The notes beneath the pieces were generated by a model. That model saw only the letters and a list, made by a program, of their open reading frames with translations. It was not told where the DNA came from and made no database searches. A stretch of DNA of 63,621 nucleotides, the filler included, from Collodictyon triciliatum (Eukaryota), in assembly GCA_043381765.1 (NCBI GenBank). It is 9 parts of 9 records of this genome, joined end to end, with 100 filler letters (N's around TTAATTAATTAA, not from the genome) between each part and the next. Parts side by side here need not be neighbours in the genome. Positions count along the whole stretch, not along the records: positions 41,842 to 50,101 come from JBHJMP010003503.1; positions 50,202 to 58,460 come from JBHJMP010003504.1; 7 more parts are not named here. One strand, 5' to 3'. Shown here piece after piece: positions 41,742-56,100 of the stretch. Position 1 is the stretch's first letter. Each line of letters opens with the position of its first letter. A program made the translations under genes and the position numbers.

Positions 41742-41841
41742 NNNNNNNNNNNNNNNNNNNNNNNNNNNNNNNNNNNNNNNNNNNNTTAATTAATTAANNN
41801 NNNNNNNNNNNNNNNNNNNNNNNNNNNNNNNNNNNNNNNNN
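41742..41841. other. Artificial contig linker
   Basis: N44-TTAATTAATTAA-N44. Confidence 0.98.
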
Positions 41842-41962
41842 AAAGAACAAAGAACAAAGAACAAAGAACAAAGAACAAAGAACAAAGAACAAAGAACAAA
41901 GAACAAAGAACAAAGAACAAAGAACAAAGAACAAAGAACAAAGAACAAAGAACAAAGAACAA
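41842..41962 (+). repeat. (AAAGAAC)n 7-bp repeat at contig end
   Basis: Seen directly in the sequence. Confidence 0.96.
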
Positions 41963-42012
41963 GGGAAGCAAGGAAAGTAATATACAAATATCATAACAAT
42001 AAAAAGCAAACC

Positions 42013-45000
42013 AAAAGATCATGAGAACTGGACTTCACATCGTCAACATCATACATCAGCTCAGCCAGAACCTTAAGATTCAAGTATATAATTCAGTATG
42101 TTCTGTAAAGATATTCAACGGTTCAAATTGAATCCGCTTTTTAAAGGTTGTCATGAGGTATAATAGAAACAAATGAAATAAACGAAATAAGTTACAATCT
42201 ACACATACTAGGATAGAAAACTCTGCATTCTTTGCATTTGAAACCAAGGTTGAAGTTTTTGACTGCAGGTTTGAAATGATATTTCTCTATTTTGGAAAAA
42301 AAAGCGAAAAAGGTTCTGAATTATACACTTTGAACTGGGAAAGAAGCTAACATGTTGAAATTTAACCACGATGTCATCAAACCAGACCTGTATGTTTGTG
42401 CTACAATGCCTGGGAATATTGACTGTAAGGTATTCTCCTTCCATAGGCAGTTCGATTACATACGTAATCTGAACGACAGTTGATGTTTTGGGCGGTAGAT
42501 TACCAATACTATTGGTTGATGTTTTTTTTTTTTTTAATAATAATACAAAAAAATAAAAGACGCCTCCTCAAGTAAAATTAATCATATAACCATCCCATGT
42601 CAAAAGATGGCTGTGTGGAAAAAAAGTAATGAACCTGACTGTAAAAAGCTCTGGCTGGTCTAATGCGTAGAATAATTATATGAGGTGATTCATGATTTCA
42701 CGTTTATAGTTATCATCTGGAAATTGGATTGAAATTGCTGCCCTTTTTCACCCAACAAATATGATTACATTTCACTATGCAAATAATCTCTAACCTTGGT
42801 CAAGTAGGAACGCACCGTGGCCCTCTTCAACCGCTTTCTTGTATTCTCTTTGTGCAGCTTAATGAATGTAATACCATAATTTTCATTACTCTAATTGCGG
42901 AGTAGTGCAAGATATATGTGTATTTCCCGTATTATAGAACATACTTTCTTTCTCCTTTGCGATACCAACAAGGCGTTTTCCATTAATGTGAGCTTCGAAA
43001 CCGGTTACGGCTGCCTGGTCATCCAGCGGGAAACACTATTTCCATATTTTGTAATTGTAAGAGCTGTGATGAAAAAAAAAAGTCATGCATGATTTTTTTA
43101 AGTATTATACTAAATTGGAAATGTGAGATTGTCAATGGGTGCATATTCACCCTCAGACAAGAATTTAAAGGGAGAATTAAAAAAAATCAATGGGTACATA
43201 TTTTGCTTCGATTTCAGAATCGTTGAGATTGTAGTATTCTTGGTATATGGTCACTTCCCCAACAAGGTCCAATACGTTAACCCTCACATGGAGGGATGTC
43301 AAAGGAACCGGTTGTCCTGAAAAAGTATCAGGAAAGAAAGAAAAGGATGGAAGGAAGGAAAATAATAGATTTTGGAAATTTAGCCCTTAATAAACAATAC
43401 ATAACGATGCAATAAGGGCTGTGCGTGCTTTATCCGAAATTCAAGGGGAATATATGCTCACCTTGTGATATGAGACCAATTGTGTTCAAATCTATCTCAT
43501 TCTTATTATCCGATGAATCAACGTTGGAAGCACTTTGCGTCTTTTTGTGATACCGAAAAATTACTTAGTTACTTTATTTTCGGGGTAGAAAATAATGTGA
43601 TAACGTCATAAACTCTCATATATACATCGTATTTCAGCTTCTTAATCGTAATGTATTAAAATATTATGTATACCGATTTAGAAACGATTTCTGACCCTAG
43701 TATAATGTCTTTCGGTATTCTCTGAGCATGAGACAATGGCGATTGACCTAAACATGAGAATGAGGAGAAAAAGAATTGAAGAAACAAAAACAAAAACAAA
43801 AACAAAAACAAAAACAAAAACAAAAACAAAAACAAAAACAAAAACAAAAACAAAAACAAAAACAAAAACAAAAACAAAAACAAAACAAAAACAACATAAT
43901 GACTCTATAAAGATAGTACCGTTTTCTCCAGGAAAGCAGAATTCAATCACGTACTCTATGTACTAAGTGAATTAAAGAATAATGAATATTTGCAGATAAA
44001 ATAGTTTCTCTCATTCTTTACTGGACAGTTTTTTGAAAGATGATGTCCGCTGAAAAAAAAAAAGTTTAGCTTGCCTGCTGCTCGGGTGCATAAACGACAA
44101 ATTCGTCATCTTCAAAGCTGCTGTGAACGTCACCTGATTTTTTGACTCCATGGACACTGATATTTTTCGATTTTTTAAAAAAAAATACATGTATTATAAT
44201 AGCCCATTTTCTCAACTAATCACACATACATATTTCTCTGGTAAGATTGCATATTATTTGTGGCGTGCATAGGAACCAGGAAATTTCAACAAAATTTTAT
44301 TTTATCTTCATTATTGCATACTAGACTTAATACCTATCAAATAGTTTCCAATCAGGAACTATATTTGGCATAAGTTCATGGGTTTCCTACGTATAGATAT
44401 CGACGAATGAATATTTGAAGTCTAACGAACTAATATATTTATAAATCTGATACCTTTTTTTCCGATATGATAAATGGTACATTCGGTTATTACCTTACAG
44501 CGCCCTAAAGCCACTTTGCTTATCATCATAATTCGTGTGTTGTTTTCGCTTGGGGTTGTGTACTTTGAGCTACAATATATTAAGATACTATAAGAAACTT
44601 GAAAAGAAATCTAGTTTGAGGTATTTCATAGTGTGTATGTTTATATAACCTTGTCAAACAAGAATCTGAGAAGTAGATTCCTAATTACGAATGACATCGT
44701 TAGTATTGAAAACAGCCATAAGATAATTTAGAGAGAAAAATTGATTTGGACAGCAAAAGAAGAAAATAATCCAACGAAAGTGAGAGTTACAGTTCAATAA
44801 AAAGAAAAATTGATGAATTTTAGGGTAAAAGACAGAATTAGATAAACATGTGCCTCATATCTCTTTCACGAGCAACACCAAAAAAGATTATATAAAACCC
44901 CTAACCTGCTCCAAGGTTTCCGGGGTCTCTACGTTCAATTGAATGCTCAAAGACAACTTTGTTGGGTAGGAGAGGTCCACGGGAGAGTATACCCATCCAA

Positions 45001-48000
45001 TTTCCCACTGGAGAACCTGTCAATACGTAATGTCTCCAGTTATTTAATTTCTAAAAATGAAAGTAATACTAATATTATCCAGTATACAATCCTTTCCCAT
45101 GGCATCAGTAATCGTAATTTGATACTGATTTAATACCATGAAAAAGCAATCTGTGGTCATTGATGTCCTGTCTAAAAATAAAAAAATTCGTGAGGAGAAA
45201 TAGCGTTGAGTAATTATCCATTCGAGTACCGAAGCATTTCACTTTTGTAGAATAACTTTCTTTGATAATTTATGCATAGATTTCTCACTTGAAAGCTTCC
45301 TGTTCTCCATGTCTACGAACTTTAAACAATTTCAATATGTCAAGATGATTTCCATCTCGTTTAATTGCACTCTACATGAGAGTATCAGTTAACGCGCCAT
45401 ATTCCTCTTGGTTAATTGTGCCGGCATGATAATGCTGCTTAAGATAATGCTTACCATCACAACATCGTATTCTGGCTCAGATGGGTCGATGTATCTATTA
45501 ACGAAGAAACGTTAGTAAGTATTTGACAGTTTTTCAATGACCAACAAATTCGAGAGGACGATTAAATTCTATTGTCCAAGGTCGTGCCTGATGTCACAGT
45601 GGAGACTGGCATAAAGTGTAGCCAGGCTATCTCCTTTCGCAAGGGCACCAGAATGCTCTCCCATCTAGAAACACATTCCGATGTCAATTTTTGTCATTCT
45701 TTTTTATTTTTATTTTTATTTTAAAAAATTATGATTCTAAAAATATGAAAGCAGAAAAACATATGAATAAAGAGACATTGAGAAGGTCTTTCAAAAGGCA
45801 ACAAAGGTCAATCTCGTTCGCCAAGGTTTTTAAATCAGAGATGGCTTGCCCAGCTTCCTATTGAAATTACCAATTGATGAATAATCGATAACATCAACAT
45901 GAAAGACATTCAATCTCTTGTTAAAAATTCAATCAACTTATTTATTAATTTTAATTTATGTCTTTTTCAAAATGAGTTTTGAGTGTATTACCCTGAGAAT
46001 CGCTGAGTGGTATTTGTTCGAGAGCTCTGCGATTTTTTCGGTGTCTTTAATTCTCTAAATTCCATAAATAAAAAAAATCATCCCCTTTTAAGTCATTTGG
46101 TTCTATATTTAAAAAAAAATAATCGGATACTTTGAATCGAATAAAGGGGAAAAAATAATAGGAGAGATTGTGGGGAATCAAAGAAAAAAATAAACTAACG
46201 CACCGATCGCAGCAAGGGCTCCATTTGCATCAGATAAACCTCAGCTGTTTCCACTTGGGAAAGGCTCAACACACCCAAGGCAGTTTTTGCAAGGCCACTA
46301 TGTTCAATGGTATATTTTTAAGAATATGAATATTCAACATGTAGAGTTCGCATATAATACAATACTTATCATCCATGTGAATAGAGAAGTTCTTTCTCAA
46401 TTGAGCTGAAAAGTTCCCGGTGTTTGGTGAGGTAAAATTAATTAGTATAGCTTATATTTGTTGATTAAAAGATAAAAAGGTAAAGAAAATAAAATATTAT
46501 GTCTTGTTAAATGAGAACCTTTGGCTTCGTGGAAAATTAGCGAGACAAACTGTCTGGATGATGGAGATAGCTCAATTCCTTGTGAGACTCCAGAGTTTGA
46601 TTGGGATCGCAACTACGGGTAATAGGTGATAGATTTATAGCTGTAGCATACAAAACACATAGAAATAGGAGGATTAAGTGATATGTGCATGACTGAGAGG
46701 CTGCATTGGTATGAAAGTTTTACCTTGTCAGACCCCACATTATTACTCAAAAGCTCAACTCTGGAATAGTGGTTGCTATCGAACATCTCAAACTTTTTAC
46801 TATACCAGTTCTGTTCGACGAATAGTTTTTTTTTAATGGAGACAAAAAATGAGGCATTTAGGTTTAGTTGGGGCATGTTGCACTGATATTAGTGAAATAA
46901 GCAAGATGTATATGGAGTAACAAAAAGCAACATACAGTTTGATTGTTATTCAAAGCAAAGGTTATAGTGAGAAGAAAGAAAGTACGGATTATTATTGTAT
47001 ATTTCGAATGGAACGTAAAATGAAAAGAAAATTATTAATTTATTTTAACCATAGCCGATTCCAATTCTGTTAGGTTGTAGAGGATGCGGGAACCGCTTTC
47101 TGGATCGCATGATAAATCTCTCAATTTCGCTAAATTGATTTGATTAACCAACTGTTCAGTTTTATGACATAACGGAAGGCTTTATAAAACAATTAAAAAA
47201 AGTTTGGGTGTATTTACCTTCGTGAATAAACACTCTGTATTTGGCCTCAGGGGAACCAGTCCACACATGCAGCTCCATCACGATGCACTTTTTTTCTCCG
47301 CTTGCATTCGACTGATGTAAGAATGTATCAAAATCTCTTTAAAAATTATTGTGTCACGAAAATTCGAAAATAAAAATAGCACAAACCAGAAGGACATCAA
47401 CCATGGCAACTGTACAATGTATAGATGTTATTGAAAGTTTTGTGAAGTTGATAAATGGAAAGTATACCAAAAAGGTACATGGTTATATATATTTTGCTGT
47501 TTATTTTCTAATTTTATTTAAAAAAAAACCTTCGTAGTGGTCAATGTTCCAGTCATCAGCACCATTTTTCTTATAAGGTACTGACGGAATATTCGCTGGA
47601 GCTGAATGGCGTATCTCTCCTTTTATTTTTTTAAGATAAAAGAAACAAAAGAATCATTTCAGAATAGTTTGTAGCAATTTGAGTCATGACTTTCCATTTG
47701 GTCTCCGAGAACAGAAAAATATAAAACAACCGACAGCGACATAAAATGATAGAACGAGGCGCCTCACCACCTTTCTGGAACATGGCAGGAACTATTTCAA
47801 CCTTTTCATCTGGTTGTAAAAGATAGACCATTTCTGTCGATAAATTTATTATTATTATTTTAGTAATTGTCTATAATTGCAATGTCTTTCATGAGGAAAA
47901 TGTAGTCACGAAATAGAACCTTCTCTCTTTTTTGTAAAGGTGCTCTCCATTTTCTGCCATAATTTGGATGGTAAATATTAATATTTTTTGGAGGTGTATT

Positions 48001-49050
48001 CAAGAAAAGGAAACATTCAAAAATCTGGTGCATATGCACAAAGGGAAAAAAGAATCAGATCTCAAACAATTTGAAAGTCTTTGATGTCCAACAGCTGGCG
48101 TTTGTTGAAGGATTCAATGATGTATGCCGGAGACGCCATGAATATATTCAGCTTAGTAGCGTTCATCGCTTGACTGGAGTCTTTATCATCCAAAATGACG
48201 AAAGATGTCTGCATTTGTTTTTGTTGTTGATGGAATAAAGCAAAATTATAAGAAAAGTTTGTATGGCAATATCGAGAATGTATGTAAACATGAGTAAGAC
48301 TGCACTTATGGAGGGATGAATGAGAGAATTGTAACTAAAATTTGTAACTGGGGGAAAAAATCAATGGGAAGGGTGCGTACTGTCTTTGACAAAAGAGCTG
48401 TTGTCTGGCCTCCTCCAGATTGAATCATGCGGAGCAATTCATTCTTTAGGACATTTGACTTCACAGACACAAAGACCGAAATCCCCTTGAATATCTCGAG
48501 GGTATCAGGTTTGTGCTCCGGGACACTCGGCCCGATTTTCTTGGGCTCTCTGCTGTCAAATATCGGTCTGACATTCTCGACCTGTTGGTTACATGAGCGA
48601 CTTGATATTACTTTTATATTCATATATGCATGCATATGCCTTGTGTCGAAATTTAAACGCGTGCTTGGAGCCCTGAAGAGGCTCAGAGACGATGGAGGAT
48701 CATTAATGAATCCAAAAGAAAGAGAATAAAATAAAATAAAAGGCTGAGAAAAAGATGTAAATATAGGCTAAGAGACATACAGTGCGCACTCATACAAAAT
48801 AGACAAACCGGAAGAAAACAAGGAATTTATAAGGAGACAAGAAAAGAAAAGAAAAGAAAGCTCTTTGAGGCCAACAAACTGTCCAATTGAGCGGCCTGGC
48901 ATTCTTGGTTGCGGGATTTGTCGGTCCTTTGGGGACTTTCGACGATGCCTTTGGGACATTTGACTTTCTTCCTTTCACAGGCGGAGGTGCAGATCCTTGC
49001 AGAAGCCCGGCGCTGGCGAGCACAGGCATTAAGCCGAGCCAATAGTCCAT
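42013..49050 (-). CDS. PARP4: PARP4 / vault PARP-like protein (BRCT, WGR-like, regulatory, catalytic and VIT domains); many exons, 3'-truncated, start uncertain
   Basis: BRCT: IFKGISVFV...IQSGGG. Catalytic: LLFH|GSPVGNWMGILSRGPLLP...RRDPGNLGAG|IYFSDS, VALGRC, SVHGV...FEDDEFVVY. VIT: VPLTSLHVRVNVLDL...EAK|YVFPLDDQAAVTGFEAHINGK...GHGAFLL...GNLPP. Confidence 0.92.
43782..43890 (+). repeat. (AAAAAC)n microsatellite, intronic
   Basis: Seen directly in the sequence. Confidence 0.95.
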
Positions 49051-50101
49051 CTTATGACGCTGATTCTGGTTCTGGTTTGTCACAGAAAGGCGGGGAAGGG
49101 GAAATAGAAGTTTCAGACGACCAGCTACTAGATCAAAGAAAAAGAAAAAGACGCAAATCTTTTATTTTATTTTATTTTTTTGGATTTATTCCTAAGAATA
49201 ATCATCCACACAATAGATCGCACGAAAGAGAAAAAAAAAGAAAAAAGAACGTGCCGAAGTGAGAGGAAAAATAAAGTAAAAAAAAGGAAAAAAGGAAAAA
49301 ACAGAAAAGAAGCGAAAACAGAATATATATATTAAAAAAACAAAACAAAAAAAAAGTAAGGTTCGAGTCGGAGTTGGGAACGACTCGATCGGCCGTCTCA
49401 AATTCGAATATCCCTGGCCAGAACCAATCAATGGCGCGACAGCCCCGAATTGACAGAAGCTGCGCTCTTGTGCTTGTTTGTTCGTGGAGAGTGATCGCGA
49501 TATGTCAAAAGCTCTGTTTGTGGGGACAAAACAATTTCTTCGATAGAGTCACGAAACTGTATGTAAAGGGTCTTATGGTACAATAAGTTAAATATGGTAT
49601 ATTATATACTGGATAAAAGGGCACAACGCCGCCTCTTGTCGCCTGCGGAGATGGTGGTGTGGGCTGTATCTGCATCTTCCCAGTAGTCCAACGCGCGTTG
49701 CATCGAGCAATAAGGATAGGAAACAAGGACAATAGTATAATTGCGGCGCCAATAAGTAAAAGTTAAAAAAGGATATAGGGGGCTGGCAAGCGCAAGTTGA
49801 TTGATGGCAGCAGCGGCGAAAGCACTAACTGCGTGTGAGGATAGCTTTTTTTTTTTTTTTTTTATTCCTTTTGAGCTGGCCTTCCATTGGTGATTTTGAG
49901 TTAAAAAAATGTAAAAGAAAAAAGTTGTTTGTGCCAATACAACCCCAAATCTTCATCAATTGGTAAATTTGTGTAAGCACGAATAAGAAACTGGCCCTAC
50001 AAGAGATCGGCTAAATAAAAATAAAGGAAAAAAAAGGAAAAAAAAAAGGAAAAAAAGGAAAAAAAAGGAAAAAAAAAGAAAAAAAGAGGAAAAAAAAAAA
50101 A

Positions 50102-50201
50102 NNNNNNNNNNNNNNNNNNNNNNNNNNNNNNNNNNNNNNNNNNNNTTAATTAATTAANNNNNNNNNNNNNNNNNNNNNNNNNNNNNNNNNNNNNNNNNNN
50201 N
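50102..50201. other. Artificial contig linker
   Basis: N44-TTAATTAATTAA-N44. Confidence 0.98.
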
Positions 50202-53167
50202 ACAAGATTGGTTTAAATAAACGAAAAAACACTGGGCCTAAAATTTGTGTTTTTATGCATTTACATAATATTCAATAGTTAAGTCGTATTACAAAATCCA
50301 ATTGTCTCAGCTTTGTTTAAAATAAGTTGTAATCTCATATCAACATGTGATTATTATATGAGCTTTGATGTAAATAATATTGATCAGGAATGTAAAAATG
50401 ACTAAAATTCTTATGCCATGGGCTTTAATTTATTCCGTCATTAATCTTAAATGAAGAGTCAAGCAGCCAATTACAATCAAATTTTCTCAATTCTCAGTGG
50501 CCATGTCTTATAACACGCTCTTTCAATAAACAAACATCATCAGCCCGAATCCTTTCAAATCGGGAAAATTAAGTCGATGGGCCGAAACTAAAGATATTAA
50601 AGACCCTCCTGTGTTCAAAATCTGGGAGCAAGTCCGTATACATCAAATTTCGAAATAACACGTTCTACACAACATATCCAACAGAGCTATGGATAGGTGC
50701 GCGTGTAATCTATTTGACTACTAACTATACAAAATGATGCCATAATGGAGTTAACTCTATCCAACTTTCATATATTTTGTACTTTCTGGCTCAAAAAGCA
50801 ACAAAATACACTCACAAGATGTTCTCTAAGGTTGATTATGTTCCTAACTTACTCAGCGAGTCCGACATCCTTTTCAGCGCACAATACCAAATGACCCACA
50901 ACACATGAATACTCTGGACAGCCAAAAGCGAAATTTTTTCAATTCATTAATATTTCTGCCTTCTCGTTGGGTTAAATTTTTCTTCGGAATTATAATTATA
51001 ACATTCGAATATTTTACAAATAACCACGAAATTTCTACAGAAAATCCGTAATCTGAGCGATTGATGTTTCTAGTAAAATGGATATGTTGAATATTTTCGA
51101 ACATTTTTTCGTGACTTCGCATTTTTTACTTCGTTCGATTCAAAGTTTTGGTGGCTTTAACATAAAAAACAACTAATTTTGAGGTGATTCTTAAAGTCAA
51201 ATTATACAGTATAGTTAAAACATTTCTACATATTTAATTATAGTATCTAAAATTTCATTCAAAAATACTCTTTATGATGTTTTTTCCATAATGTCCAGGT
51301 ACACTTTAATGAGGAATAATTTATCAAAAGACGTTAATGTCGGCGAGGTTTCGAAAATATGACTTATAATTTTTTATTTCATCTTTCTAAATTTTGATAA
51401 CTTTAATTTCAAATATGCTAGTTATAATTTATGCTTGATTTATACATATTTCGATTTACTAATTCATTTTTAATTACCAAAGAGTGTGAAAACTTTAAAT
51501 CACATTTTCTTACTATCATAAAATAATATTTACTATTTATTTTATTTTTAAATAGATTGTTCCCATATAATAATATTTAAAATTAATTTTTTTTCATGAT
51601 GTAAAGAATATTGACTTCATCTTGATGTGTAAAGAAACAAAAAAAAATTGTAAACATATGAAATTACTGATTCGTGTAATTCAAAAATTTATAAGTTTGC
51701 CTTATATTTGAGAATAAATTAATTCATTCACAATTATCGCCTCTGGTAGATAGGAAGTGATCAATTTATATAACATGCATTTTGTTATTTTCGAATGCTT
51801 AAAATTATATTTGAAATTTCAGACTTCTCGAATATTCGTAACTTAGTATTTTAATATCTTGGTTAATCATTGTATTATTCATTCAGATAATCTTTCTCTC
51901 TTTGCTTTTACATTACTTATTATTAATCATTCAGCATTGATGTATTTCTTTGTTATTTTTTAATAAAATTTTATTTATTTATTTATCCGATTCTTTTTTA
52001 CTTGCATTCTTCTAGAAATATTCACTTCTGTCCTAATATTTTTATTTCATATTATATTGAGCCTTTTTAATGAAGAAAAATACATGAGTAGGTGGATCAG
52101 AAATGGTTTATACTTCAACAATAAAATTATTTTATCATTATTTTTCTATTTAAAAAGATTTTTCAATCTAAAATTTTACATGCATAATTTTTGCGAAGAA
52201 AAATTGAAAAAATATTTATATTCAGGATGTATATTGAGTGCAAATTATAAATCTTTTGATATTTTAATCTTCACCTTTTATTGGCTGCAGAAAGTTAAAA
52301 CGATTTTGACGTAAAATTATATATTTTGCGATTTTTTTCAGATGATGGCTCAATTTAATATGAAATGACACTTTTTGCCGCAAATTTTGAGTGTTTTCAA
52401 TTAAAATAGACCAAAAAGCCAAAAATTATAGAAATTCGTGTACACTCGCGCCAACATCACCTCTAATTAATCAATCAAAGTAACGGTTTTCTCAAGTTTA
52501 AGGGACTAAATGACTAAATTATAACGACATAAGACTAAGACAGTCGCTATAATTATCTTGTTGAGTTAAATTGTAGCAATGCCAATTATCCAGAGATTTT
52601 CAGGCGAAAATTTGCTCTGGAAAATATAAATGCGAACTAAAATTTGAAATTTCTTATATAGGATTTCTGTATGTATAAAATTAAAATTTCGTATTTAAAT
52701 AGAGAAGCATGGTTTATAACAAAAGAACTCTTGTTTCTGCGTGTATAAATTCACAGACATATCGAAGTGTTGGACTAAAATTTAATTACTGATTCACAAG
52801 CATTAAATGCGAATTCTAACAATATGTATAGTGATATATTGTATCCTGCGGGGAATTTAGTGAACAAAATTATTCAATAACGATTCAATTACATATGTAG
52901 AGTAAATTTTATACATGAAAGAGAAATAATAAAAATTACATATATAGATGGAATATGAAATCCTTCGATGAAAGTAGAGCATCATTTTATGGAAAATATT
53001 CTGGTTAAATTTTTATAATTATTTTTGTGGATATGTTATTTATGAGTGAACAAAGTAGTTGATCAACCTTGAAATTCAAAAAAGCTTATTTTCTCATTCT
53101 CATATTTAATAGTATCCCATAAATATATTGGTATCAATAACTTCAAATTATCTATATCTTCTAGGAA

Positions 53168-56100
53168 ATGGCAACCCACAACCATGAAAACAAGCCGCGC
53201 ATATCAATGGTATCAGAAGACCTTTCTGGTCCGAATGAATCTAATAACAATGCATGGGCTAAGGTTATTTGAAATTAAGCACATTAATTTACATCAATTT
53301 TTTTTAGAAAATTTGTATCATATCATATATTTATCAAAAATTTATCATGATTGAATATATGGATTATTTTTAATTAAATTGAAAGATGTGGGACACTACT
53401 GTAATTATTAAACATTGCAGGTAGAGATTAAAGATAGAATTAAGCGAACAATCTCTCTGCGTACTTCTATTCTACTTCTATCGTTCTTTTCTGTCGTCTC
53501 CGTTGCATTAGTCAGCGTCGTTCCGTCATACACCTTCGGCTTTTCGGTTTGAATGATAATATTCGAATTCATTTATTTTTATTTTATGTTAAATCTTCAA
53601 AATTAATAATTTTTACACAAGTGTATTTCAATTTTTACGGAAAATTATTTTTAGGCCGTGAATGATGTTTCTGACCAGCTGCAAACCCAGGTTTATATTT
53701 CATTAATTCGTTTTCTCATTTTAATTTTTGTGCATCTTATGCAGAGTATACATTTTAAAATTATCTGTTTTTAGACTGTGGAGCGCATTAGACAAGAGAT
53801 ACAGGCATCTCTTGATGTACCACATGAGATACTACGTGTAATTGAAGCTACAATTTTTCAGATGGAATTGGAAAAGAATGGAATTAGTTGCGATAACTTT
53901 GCAGCTCGATTATTGCTGCTTGGAATTGCTGAAGTATTTTATTTTATTATTCAGTGTTTACCATAATAATTTGTTGAAAATGTGCTTTTATGTGTAGAAA
54001 TGGAATGACTCATTATCTCAGGCATATATTGGTATCGAAGATGGAAGCATTATTGGTAAAATTGATAAATTAGCAACTGAGATTTGAAAATTTTCTGATA
54101 CATCCTCTGATCTGAAACAATTTTGATATGATTTTGATAAAACATTATCCATGCAGGTATAACAGGAGATTGGATAACAAATCCGAAAATGTTTCATCAA
54201 TTAGTTTGCTCCTGCCCTGAAACCAATTATCTCCTCACAGACGGAAATTATACTTTGGATACAGTAATGACACCATTTAGTGAATTTAAGATACAATTCA
54301 GAATTCCAGGATATAATTCGACCAAGAGACCTTGGTAAAAAATTATCCAAAAATAATTATGATGGAAATTTCAATCGAAAAATCAATAATATTCAATAAA
54401 TTTCTGAAAATTGATAATTTAATAGGTATGTCGCAACAAAGAATAAAGGAGGCCCGACATGGTCTCCTGTATTTGCTATAAGTACCGTCTCAGTAGCTGC
54501 AAAACTAACTATTGTCGCTGGAAGGCCTTTATTCAGGGACACAAAAAAATGTAATAAATATTCTATAACTTATGACCAATCTAATTTTTATATAATAAAA
54601 AATTATCCTGTATTTCGCAATAAAAAAATATGTCCTAATAATTTTATAATTAATGGATATTTAATTAGCTAAAATTATCGGTGTCTCTGCTATCGGAATG
54701 AATCTCGGTCGAGTTGAATCTTTATTAAACAATATCAAAACAAGTGCTAATGGCAAGGCTTACATTCTCCAAAAAGTGAAATTTTAATTTTGAAATTGAA
54801 ATTATGTAATCAGATTATATAAATATTGAATGTATGACTTCAGTAAAGCAACATCATCGGTATGTATAGGATGGAATGTTGATTGCCAACACTTTGGGGG
54901 TTAATTTAACCGACGAATTTACCAAGATGGTACATTATTCTAAATCAGGGAGTCAACTTATGATAAAGTCAGCTAATGTAAGGATTTTTGTTCCAAAAAT
55001 TTGAATAATTACTTAAAAAATATTTAAATAATTAAATTAAATAAATCTTTATTTTAGAAACTGGAAAAGACGCCTGATGGGAACTTTGCCGTCATCAAAG
55101 GCATTCGAAAATTTTCTACATATCAAGGAGATAAAGAGTATCTTTCGTTTGCCTCTACTTTAGTTGACCCAAGAGGAGGCATAGAATGGGTAAATTTTAT
55201 TTCATATGTTATATTCTATAATAGAATTAAGGCAACTGAAATAATTTTTTTACTAAGACCATTTTACAGGTTATTATAAATAATATTACCTTTTGATTAA
55301 ATTTAGACCGTTGTCATTCTGATTCCTCGCAGTGATATCTTTTCAAAGGTGGACAGTATGATTGTGTTGTCGATTTCTCTGACGTCTGCACTATTTTTTT
55401 TTACATTGATAATAACTCTTATAGTTTCGACTTACATAAGCAGGTATGATTAATATGATAAATACAAACATTAATGGACTACGTATCGATAATTTTTCAT
55501 TTAGAGACTGATTAGACATCTTTATTTGCAAATTAGACCCTTGAATGTTGTTGCTGATGCGATGCAAAATATATCCAAGCTTAACTTCGAAAATAAATCA
55601 TCTGTAAGGATAGAGTGACGGAAAGAACCTAATAAAAAATTAATAATTTTTTTTAAAAAATGATTCAAATCTTTGCTCGCACAATAGGGAGGTTCGAATT
55701 CTAATCTACGAGAAATTAGCATGATTCAATCTTCATTCCAGGTCGCAATACTTTTTTATACTACGATAACAATTATCTTGAAAACTCAAAAATGTGAAGC
55801 TCAACCGTTTTTTAACGCCAGGTAATGGACACAGCTTTGCAGTCTTTCGGAAAGTTTGTACCCATGGCTGTTGTCAAGAGAATAGTTGCAGACTCAAACA
55901 ACCAAGGCCAGCTGTTTTTAGACCGCAGGAACGTGACGGTGATGTTCACAGGTCACTCATTTATGGATTGATGAAGCCAGAGAATTATATTTCTGTAATT
56001 GACACGATAGTTGTATTTGAAGTATCAGAAATAGAGCTATAGGGGGAAAGAAACCCAGCTGCTTGCAAAACAAATCATAATTCAATACTTTCGTTTACAG

